From contig MFEQ01000004.1 in the NCBI GenBank assembly GCA_001777665.1, positions 64,679 through 128,678 of the forward strand: a stretch of DNA of 64,000 nucleotides, given 5' to 3'. The DNA is from Candidatus Doudnabacteria bacterium RIFCSPHIGHO2_02_FULL_42_25 (GTDB lineage: Bacteria; Patescibacteriota; Doudnabacteria; UBA920; O2-02-FULL-48-8). The translations under genes were made by a program, and so were the position numbers. How positions within the stretch are numbered: position 1 is the stretch's first letter; each line of letters opens with the position of its first letter. Below are positions 56,707 through 64,000 of this stretch, piece after piece. The notes below the pieces were generated by a model, which searched no databases, was not told the origin of the DNA, and saw nothing but the letters and a program-made list of their open reading frames with translations.

Positions 56707-56996
56707 TAAGTTCTTTTTATAGCTAACTTCCCAATAATTAATGCCGACACAAGAAAAACAGCTATATTAATTCCAAAGGAAATTATATTAATATAATCCA
56801 CTCCGCACATCGAATTATAGTAAAAATCAAAAGGCCAACCGTAGTAAACCCCACCAATCGCAGCACACGTAGGACCATAGAGCTCCTCTAAATAAAGAGT
56901 TCCAAATTGGAGATGGAATCTTATCGGAATTAACTGAATAAACGTAAAGGCTAAGATTAGTATTACTATAACAAATAATACTCGTAAACTCTTCAT
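56706..56996 (-). CDS. 2-TM protein with GWPF motif
   Basis: C...YGWPF...C between two TM segments. Confidence 0.6.
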   Translation of the reverse strand: MKSLRVLFVIVILILAFTFIQLIPIRFHLQFGTLYLEELYGPTCAAIGGVYYGWPFDFYYNSMCGVDYINIISFGINIAVFLVSALIIGKLAIKRT

Positions 56997-58441
56997 AATC
57001 CCAACTCTTTCTTTACCAAATCATTCAAGATTTGAGGGTTGCCTTTACCTTTGAGTTCTTTCATGGCTTGACCGACTAAGAAGCCAAGTGCTCTCTCGTT
57101 TTTCTTGGCATCTTCAACACCCTTAGGATTTGCAGCAACTACTTTCTTCACTACTTCTAGCAGTTCGCCTTGATCTGATACTTGATGTAATCCTAACTGA
57201 TCCAAAATATTCGATGGGTCCTCACCAGACTCAAACATATTTGCAAACACATCTTTAGCCGCCAGATTGGAAACTTTTCCGTCCAAAATAAGCTTCATCA
57301 ATTCTGCAAAATTTTCTTCAGTAACTTTTGATTCTTCTGGAAAGATTTTCTTTTCGTTGATTGCCGCAAGAAAGGGACCTAGGATCCAACTCGCTACCAT
57401 GGATCCTTTCTTGTCAGTTGAGCCAGTCCATTCTGCTAATTCTGACATGACATGCTCAAAGTACTCTGATAATTCTTTATACGAAACCAAGGTTTGGGCA
57501 TCCTTATCGACTAAAGCATATTCTTTCATCAATCTTTCTTTACGGACTTTCGGTAGCTCTGGTAATTCTTTTTGTAAATCTGCTAACCAAGTTTTAGTGA
57601 AATGTAGAACAGGTAAATCCGGTTCAGGGAAATACCGATAATCTTGTGATTCTTCTTTTGATCTCTGCGAAACAGTAATTCCTTTGTCATCTATCCAGCC
57701 ACGGGTTTCTGAAGGAAGTTTTTCGCCAGTTTCCAGAGCTTGTGTCTGACGCTTGATTTCAAATTCAATCGCGTTGGCTACAGCGCGAAACGAATTCATG
57801 TTTTTGACTTCGACTTTGTACGGCGGCAGTCCACTCTCGCCTACTTTACGCAAACTAATATTCGCATCACAACGGAGATGGCCTTTTTCCATATCAGCAT
57901 CAGATACACCTAGATAGCGCATGATATTTTGCAATTCCTGCAAATACTGCTTGGCTTCTTCTGATGATCGAATATCTGGCTCTGAAACTATCTCTAATAA
58001 AGGCGTTCCGGCTCGGTTATAGTCAACGAGGCTAAAACCTTTGCCATGCATAAGTTTGCCAGCATCCTCTTCCAAATGCGCTCGAGTGATTCCGATTGTC
58101 CGCGTCTGTCCGTTTACTGTCAGTTCCATTTGTCCGCGTCCGTTTATCGGCATATCAAATTGGGAGATCTGATAACCTTTGGGTAAATCAGGATAAAAAT
58201 AGTTCTTTCGGTCAAATTTTGAATATTCAGCAACTTGACAATTCAAAGCCAGCCCGACCAAAACGGACTTTCTCACAGCTTCTTTGTTGATGACCGGTAG
58301 AGTTCCTGGCTGGCCAGTACAAACTTCGCAGATGTGAACGTTCGGTTTGGAACTTTCAGCATTCCTACTGGAACAGAACATCTTGCTATTCGTCTTTAAC
58401 TGGACATGGACTTCCAGACCAATGATCGGTTCGTATTTCAT
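56993..58441 (-). CDS. gatB: Asp/Glu-tRNA amidotransferase subunit B
   Basis: IGLEVHVQL, YFYPDLPKGYQISQ, DYRYFPEPDL. Confidence 0.98.
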   Translation of the reverse strand: MKYEPIIGLEVHVQLKTNSKMFCSSRNAESSKPNVHICEVCTGQPGTLPVINKEAVRKSVLVGLALNCQVAEYSKFDRKNYFYPDLPKGYQISQFDMPINGRGQMELTVNGQTRTIGITRAHLEEDAGKLMHGKGFSLVDYNRAGTPLLEIVSEPDIRSSEEAKQYLQELQNIMRYLGVSDADMEKGHLRCDANISLRKVGESGLPPYKVEVKNMNSFRAVANAIEFEIKRQTQALETGEKLPSETRGWIDDKGITVSQRSKEESQDYRYFPEPDLPVLHFTKTWLADLQKELPELPKVRKERLMKEYALVDKDAQTLVSYKELSEYFEHVMSELAEWTGSTDKKGSMVASWILGPFLAAINEKKIFPEESKVTEENFAELMKLILDGKVSNLAAKDVFANMFESGEDPSNILDQLGLHQVSDQGELLEVVKKVVAANPKGVEDAKKNERALGFLVGQAMKELKGKGNPQILNDLVKKELGL

Positions 58442-58836
58442 TTCTTGTTCAAACCGTTCAGTGAATCAAGATTAAAGTTCACTAAATCAGGATTAATTTG
58501 GTTCAAAAGGATATAAGCTGTAAACAAAATAACTATCCCGATCAAAGCTCCGGTAATGTATTCTTTTCCTTTTGCTGCCTGTTCGGCGTTACCAGAAGAA
58601 GTCATATAATAATACCCGCCAACCACGATCATCAATAATGCCAAAAGTACGGCAACTCCCAATGACCAGACATAAATTTGGTTAACACATCGAGGCAATG
58701 TCGATGCCGCACCGCCAGTTTGGGTTTTAATTCCTGCTAACGAACAAGGATTTCCCGGGGCAGTTGTCTGGGCTAAAGCAACAGTTGGTAAAAGCACTAA
58801 CACTAAAAGCAAAATAGCTAAATATTTTTTTATCAT
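58438..58836 (-). CDS. VirB2/TrbC-like pilin
   Basis: Signal peptide; MIVVGGYYYMTSSGN....KGK..IT.ALIG...INPDL. Confidence 0.8.
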   Translation of the reverse strand: MIKKYLAILLLVLVLLPTVALAQTTAPGNPCSLAGIKTQTGGAASTLPRCVNQIYVWSLGVAVLLALLMIVVGGYYYMTSSGNAEQAAKGKEYITGALIGIVILFTAYILLNQINPDLVNFNLDSLNGLNKK

Positions 58837-60284
58837 AGGTTTGGTTTTAATTTTAAATTTAATGATTTTTCCAAAGCATGACCGGCTTGGAATAATTTTT
58901 CCTCTGCAAAATGGTTGGCAATTAGCTGTACTCCGACTGGTAATCCGCTCTTTGTTAAACCACCTGGGACGGACATCGCAGGCACTCCAGCAAGATTAAT
59001 AGGGCCCGTAAACACATCTTCCAAATACATAGATACCGGATCTTTTTTCTCATCTATTTTAAATGCTGGTTTTGGTGAAACTGGCGTTAACAGTAAATCA
59101 AATTTATCGAATGCCGATTTAAAATCTTGTTGGACCAATGATTCAATTTGTTTGGCTTTTTTGTAATATGCATCATAATATCCGGCAGACGAAGCATAAG
59201 TCCCGATCATAATTCTTCTTTTGACCTCGGCTCCCAATCCTTGGGACCTGGAATTATAATAAACTTCTTCCAAAGTTTTTCCAGGCACTGATAACCCATA
59301 ACGGATTCCGTCATACCTGGAAAGATTGGCAGAAATTTCTACTGGTGCAATGATATAATACGCCGGAACTGAATATGGAACATTCGGCAAACTGACTTCT
59401 GATACTTCAGCTCCCAGTGCTTCTACTTGTTTGATTGCATTCTCAACTATCGCTCTAACCTCTGGATCAATACCTTCTACAAAAAATTCTTTTGGGATAC
59501 CGATTTTCATGCCCTTTAAATCTTCGGATAGTGCTGCTGAATAATCCGGAACAAGTTTAGGTAAACTCGTACTGTCTTTGACGTCTTGTCCGACAATCAT
59601 TTGCAGAGCCAACGCTGCGTCTTCTACTGTTCTCGTAAATACTCCGATCTGGTCCATCGATGAACACATGGCTATCAAACCAAATCTGGATACTCGGCCA
59701 TAGGTCGGTTTCATACCTACGACACCACAAAACGATGCTGGCTGTCGGATCGAACCAAATGTATCGGATCCAATACTAAAAATTACTTCGCCAGAGGCAA
59801 CCGATGCAGCAGAACCTCCAGAAGATCCACCTGGCACCCTAGACAAATCGTATGGATTTTTGGTCGGGCCATAAGCAGAATATAGAGTCGATGCTCCCAT
59901 GGCGAATTCATCCAAATTCGTTTTCCCCATCATCACAGGAGAAACTTTTTTTAATTTTTCAATAACTGTCGCGTCATATGGTGCGACATAATTTTCCAAA
60001 ATTTTTGAAGCTGCTGTAGCTTTCATGCCTTTGACTAAAATACAATCTTTCACCGAATAAGGAATCCCAGTTAACGCAAAATTTTCATTGTCAGCAATGA
60101 TCATTCGGTCGACTTCATCCGCTTGCTCCATCGCCTCTTTTTCCGCTACATACAAAAAAGCATGAACTTTATCATCCACTTCTTTGATTCGTTCCAAAGA
60201 CATCTCTGCCAGTTCTTTCGCAGAAACTTCTTTTTTCGCAATCAACTCTGATGCAGATTTAATTGTAAGGTCTGTAAAATTCAT
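58833..60284 (-). CDS. gatA: Asp/Glu-tRNA amidotransferase subunit A
   Basis: GKTNLDEFAMG, PGGSSGGSAA, GSIRQPA. Confidence 0.98.
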   Translation of the reverse strand: MNFTDLTIKSASELIAKKEVSAKELAEMSLERIKEVDDKVHAFLYVAEKEAMEQADEVDRMIIADNENFALTGIPYSVKDCILVKGMKATAASKILENYVAPYDATVIEKLKKVSPVMMGKTNLDEFAMGASTLYSAYGPTKNPYDLSRVPGGSSGGSAASVASGEVIFSIGSDTFGSIRQPASFCGVVGMKPTYGRVSRFGLIAMCSSMDQIGVFTRTVEDAALALQMIVGQDVKDSTSLPKLVPDYSAALSEDLKGMKIGIPKEFFVEGIDPEVRAIVENAIKQVEALGAEVSEVSLPNVPYSVPAYYIIAPVEISANLSRYDGIRYGLSVPGKTLEEVYYNSRSQGLGAEVKRRIMIGTYASSAGYYDAYYKKAKQIESLVQQDFKSAFDKFDLLLTPVSPKPAFKIDEKKDPVSMYLEDVFTGPINLAGVPAMSVPGGLTKSGLPVGVQLIANHFAEEKLFQAGHALEKSLNLKLKPNL

Positions 60285-60565
60285 TCCAGTATACTTTTAA
60301 CTTTAATATAATCATCATGACGTGAAGGCACTTGATCTAAAAATAATTTCGGATCAGCGCTCTCGATTGCGACATCGTCTCGCATTAAATTCAATGCATC
60401 TTTATCATACTCTTCCCCTAGCACTTTACTTTGAATTGCTTTGAGCTGATCCACGTAATCCAAAATGGCTGACAATTCAGTTTGTAGTTTTTGTTTCTCT
60501 TCTTCTTCGAAGGAAAGTCTGGCTAATTTGGCGATACGATTGACTTCGTCGAGGGAAATAGACAT
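60281..60565 (-). CDS. gatC: Asp/Glu-tRNA amidotransferase subunit C
   Basis: IAKLARL, ILDYVDQL, MRDD. Confidence 0.93.
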   Translation of the reverse strand: MSISLDEVNRIAKLARLSFEEEEKQKLQTELSAILDYVDQLKAIQSKVLGEEYDKDALNLMRDDVAIESADPKLFLDQVPSRHDDYIKVKSILE

Positions 60566-60591
60566 AATATTAGTAATTAATTATAACATAT

Positions 60592-61167
60592 ATGCTCATT
60601 TTTTGGATAGTTCTCGGTTTACTGGTACTTGGGTTTATAGGTATTTACAACAGTTTAATCCATTCCCGCAACAGAGTGGATGAAGCTTGGTCAGATATTG
60701 AAGTTCAGCTCAAACGTAGATATGACTTGATCCCGAACTTAGTCAATACGGTCAAAGGTTACGCACAGCATGAACAAGGGACTCTGACGAAAGTCACTGA
60801 AGCGAGAGCCAAAGCTACGGCTATTACCATGGATCCGACCAAGCTCAACGTGGAACAGATGGCCAAATTCCAAGCTGCGCAGGGTGAATTGTCTCAAGCG
60901 ATCGGCCGACTCTTTGCACTGTCCGAACAGTATCCAGATTTGAAAGCCAATCAAAATTTCATGCAGTTACAGTCTGATCTAACTGACACGGAAGATAAAA
61001 TTCAGGCATCCAGACGTTTCTACAATGGTAATGTCCGCGACTTCAATACTAAACTGCAAACATTCCCAACCAACTTGTTTGCTAGTATGCTTGGGTTTAC
61101 TGCCAGAGCCTTCTTCGATATCGATGAAAAAGGTGTGATCGGCCAAACTCCAAACGTTCAGTTCTAA
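60592..61167 (+). CDS. lemA: LemA family protein
   Basis: AWSDIEVQLKRRYDLIPNLV, YPDLKANQNF. Confidence 0.95.
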   Translation: MLIFWIVLGLLVLGFIGIYNSLIHSRNRVDEAWSDIEVQLKRRYDLIPNLVNTVKGYAQHEQGTLTKVTEARAKATAITMDPTKLNVEQMAKFQAAQGELSQAIGRLFALSEQYPDLKANQNFMQLQSDLTDTEDKIQASRRFYNGNVRDFNTKLQTFPTNLFASMLGFTARAFFDIDEKGVIGQTPNVQF

Positions 61168-61269
61168 GCCTACGAAAGTACGAATTCTCGAATTACGAAC
61201 TGTTCGCCCGCCTGCCATGACGGCATGTCGGGCAGGTAGTTTCGCAATTTCGTATTTCGTAGAAATACC

Positions 61270-62154
61270 ATGATCTACACCGAGATCTCGAAAAACAAAC
61301 GTAATACAGCATTGCTAATAACTTTTTTCCTAGTCCTCATAGTCGGGCTTGGATATGTCTTTTCGCTTTATGTGGATGAACCCCTACTGCTGCCAATTGC
61401 TGTCGGGTTCTCCATCCTTATGAGTTTCTTTAGCTATTATTTTTCTGACACAATAGTGCTCAAAATGTCGCATGCGAAAGAAATAAAACGAATTGATGAT
61501 CAAGAGCTTTATCGATCAGTTGAAAACTTAGCGATTACCGCAGGATTGCCCACGCCGAAAATTTACTTAATCGAAGATACCGCACCCAACGCATTTGCGA
61601 CAGGCCGAGACCCGAAACATGCAGTGGTCGCCATTACTACTGGGCTTCGCCAAAAGTTAACCAAGCAGGAACTGGATGGGGTCATGGCTCATGAGCTATC
61701 CCACATTGGCAACTATGACATCCGCCTCACCACAATTATTGTCGTCTTAGTTGGAGTCGTGACATTGCTGGCTGATTGGATGCTCCGGATATCATTTCAT
61801 GGTCGAAGACGAGAAGGTGGCGGTTTGATTATGCTCATCGGATTGGTCTTAGCACTTCTCTCACCTATTGCTGCCACGATTATCCAATTGGCTATTTCCA
61901 GAAAACGAGAATACCTGGCTGATGCTTCAGGAGCTCTACTCACTCGATATCCCAAAGGATTAGCGGATGCGCTTCGAAAAATATCCCATGATCATGAGCC
62001 TCTGGAAGTGGCCAACAAAGCGACAGCGCATCTCTACATCGTCAATCCACTCAAAGAACATTTAGACCAAAAAGATCGGATCGGTCGGTTTGCTTCACTC
62101 TTCCAGACCCATCCCCCACTCCAGGACCGCATCGAGCGTCTAGAAAAGATGTAA
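61270..62154 (+). CDS. htpX: M48 zinc metalloprotease HtpX
   Basis: PNAFATG, HELSH, SRKREYLADA, THPP. Confidence 0.93.
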   Translation: MIYTEISKNKRNTALLITFFLVLIVGLGYVFSLYVDEPLLLPIAVGFSILMSFFSYYFSDTIVLKMSHAKEIKRIDDQELYRSVENLAITAGLPTPKIYLIEDTAPNAFATGRDPKHAVVAITTGLRQKLTKQELDGVMAHELSHIGNYDIRLTTIIVVLVGVVTLLADWMLRISFHGRRREGGGLIMLIGLVLALLSPIAATIIQLAISRKREYLADASGALLTRYPKGLADALRKISHDHEPLEVANKATAHLYIVNPLKEHLDQKDRIGRFASLFQTHPPLQDRIERLEKM

Positions 62155-62233
62155 CCATATTGACCTAACCCATCCCGAACTTGATCCGGGATCTTTTTCA
62201 TGCTAAAATCCTCCTACTGAATCAGGAGGAAAC

Positions 62234-62512
62234 GTGCTTACACATCGCATTCACGAAAACCGCAGAGGCTTAGGTAACGCCCAGAGTCTGTACTTCCAAG
62301 ACTCCTCGGATCGGTTCAGCGTCGGAATCGTTGCCCCAGGACGATACCCTTTCAAGAAGCAACCTGCTCAGAGCATAAAGGTCGTCCGCGGCGCGCTTGA
62401 AATCAACGGCATCAACTTCACACCTGAATCTGGTCCCTGCATTATTGAAGGGGGTCAGAACGCAACTGTAGTTGCGACTCAACCGTCGGCCTACATCTGC
62501 GAAGGCGACTAA
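62234..62512 (+). CDS. Divergent PpnP-like (pyrimidine/purine nucleoside phosphorylase) cupin protein
   Basis: SVGIVAPGRYPF, VVRGAL, SAYIC; SD AGGAGG. Confidence 0.6.
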   Translation: MLTHRIHENRRGLGNAQSLYFQDSSDRFSVGIVAPGRYPFKKQPAQSIKVVRGALEINGINFTPESGPCIIEGGQNATVVATQPSAYICEGD

Positions 62513-62645
62513 TAATCGCCTGAACTTCAATTTACAGAGCCTGACTCGTTCGGCTCTTTCTTTTTTTAAAACATTAGCGAAAAATCACTTCTTAAGGCTC
62601 TGAAGAGGGATCTCTCCCCCGGATCGGAGTCCGGGGTCGAGATGG

Positions 62646-62678
62646 TTACCTATTTGGTCCGATCGTACAAATAGGTAA
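62646..62678. repeat. 33-bp palindromic element TTACCTATTTGGTCCGATCGTACAAATAGGTAA
   Basis: Inverted copy (30/33) inside prmC at 45723-45755. Confidence 0.75.
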
Positions 62679-62679
62679 T

Positions 62680-63105
62680 TCAGCAAAAATCCTGAAGAAT
62701 TGTTCTGATCACATCATTTCGAAAACCCTTACTCGACAGTCGTTGGGCAATTTTTGGTTTCGGTAAATTTCCTGATTTGTTTAAAACCTTTTTGGCGAGT
62801 TCTAACTCGAGTTCAAAAGTTAAATTTGCTTTCAGTGCTGCTTCCGCTTCATTGCTTGCAATCCCCCGCTGCATTAACTTACTCTTAAGGCCATAGAAGC
62901 CATAAGTTTTATTTCTAAGTAATTCGTCCAAATAGAGTTGGACAAACCGATCATTGTCGATAAGGTTTTCTTCCTGTAATTTCTGAATTACACCCTCAAC
63001 TTCCTCACGACTAAAACCTCTCATCAACAGCTTTTTGGTTAATTCGCCTGAATGATGAGGCCTGATTTTCAACAGTTTTATGGCTTTATCGTAAACGCTT
63101 GACAT
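62680..63105 (-). CDS. recX: Regulatory protein RecX
   Basis: AIKLL..R.H...EL..KL, IDNDRF, L.QRGI, L.SKGF. Confidence 0.85.
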   Translation of the reverse strand: MSSVYDKAIKLLKIRPHHSGELTKKLLMRGFSREEVEGVIQKLQEENLIDNDRFVQLYLDELLRNKTYGFYGLKSKLMQRGIASNEAEAALKANLTFELELELAKKVLNKSGNLPKPKIAQRLSSKGFRNDVIRTILQDFC

Positions 63106-63284
63106 ATCTGCTATAATATTAGTATAGTACTGCCTACGAAAGTACGAAAGGATTACCTGCCCGACATGCCAGTCATGGCAGGCGGGCGAAAATACGAAAG
63201 GTTTTCACACATGTTCGTATTTCGAACAAATTCGTAGTTCGTAGAAGAATTTTAACCATTTGCTTTAGGCATCAAAATTCAAAT

Positions 63285-64000
63285 ATGAACCACTTTTCAT
63301 TCATTTTAGAACGATTATCGTCCAGAGCCAAGAACGCTTTGATCACTTCACAGCGAATTTCTGAAGATTTGCATCATGACCACATCGGCACGGAGCATTT
63401 ACTTTATGGAATCGTCGAAGAAAAAGCGTCTTTCGCTGCGGAAATTTTACTTAAAAACAAAGTCACTCCAGAAACCGTAAAGAATGAGATAATCCACATG
63501 AATCAAACTCATGTTTCTGATAAATGGCAGCCAAAATTGTCCAACAATCTTCGTGAAGTCATAGAGAAAGCTGCCATTATCGCTAGCCGCTATCAATACC
63601 AATTTATCGGCACGGAACATTTTCTCTACGGCATTACAGATATGGACAGCGATGAAGCCAAAGGTATGCTTCTAGGAATGAAAGTTTCTGTCACTGAACT
63701 TCGAAAAAATCTGCTCTCTATTTTTGAAAATGTTTCTCGCTTCCCTGACTTACTCAATGTCGATGAGCAGCCAGAACTCGCTATGCCTACAGAAAAAAAT
63801 TCCAAAACGCCGGCGCTCGATTATTTCACTACTGATCTTTCTAAAAAAGCACATAAAGGAAAAATCGATCCTGTGATCGGACGCAAAAGCGAAATCGAAC
63901 GGTTGATTTCCATTCTGAATCGACGCACAAAAAATAATCCGGTTTTGATTGGCGAACCAGGAGTCGGTAAAACTGCAATTGTAGAAGGTCTAGCCCTCGC
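63285..64000 (+). CDS. clpC: Clp protease ATP-binding subunit (partial, runs off the window end)
   Basis: Two Clp-N repeats (IGTEHL, IGTEHF), [24 protein letters not shown]. Confidence 0.9.
   Translation, partial: MNHFSFILERLSSRAKNALITSQRISEDLHHDHIGTEHLLYGIVEEKASFAAEILLKNKVTPETVKNEIIHMNQTHVSDKWQPKLSNNLREVIEKAAIIASRYQYQFIGTEHFLYGITDMDSDEAKGMLLGMKVSVTELRKNLLSIFENVSRFPDLLNVDEQPELAMPTEKNSKTPALDYFTTDLSKKAHKGKIDPVIGRKSEIERLISILNRRTKNNPVLIGEPGVGKTAIVEGLAL

Noticed and set aside
22995-63244. CRISPR array
   Set aside because: Repeats are dispersed or have 6-9 nt units; there is no 23-47 bp repeat with regular unique spacers and no cas gene

Overview
AT-rich (roughly 40% GC by eye), gene-dense bacterial chromosome segment read with genetic code 11. 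The gene content points to Patescibacteria/CPR (inference; possibly a Doudnabacteria-like lineage): short AspRS, ThrRS and EF-Ts, a VirB2-like pilin, a wHTH-NTase protein, a GH1/GH-A/EamA cluster and many near-leaderless genes. Housekeeping genes: aspS, scpAB, zwf, mraZ-rsmH-ftsL-ftsI-murF, rplJL, mltG, HU, rpmG, rpsB-tsf, rpmE-prfA-prmC, rplY, rodA, dnaE, thrS, miaA, gatCAB, lemA-htpX, recX, a partial clpC and five tRNAs. These are interspersed with GC-richer orphan genes and at least eight families of short palindromic repeats. Best leads: (1) a transcriptional Thr T-box riboswitch upstream of thrS with an ultra-short Stem I interrupted by a repeat hairpin; (2) a DUF559 nuclease cassette with terminal inverted repeats, empty copies and an in-frame copy inside miaA; (3) a candidate leader RNA with two identical CCGGAAA loops; (4) zwf starting 3 nt after a tRNA CCA end; (5) an HTH gene followed by three paralogous membrane proteins; (6) a five-gene signalling operon with two small uncharacterised members. 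No CRISPR array, rRNA, integrase or prophage was seen. All calls are by eye, without database searches.
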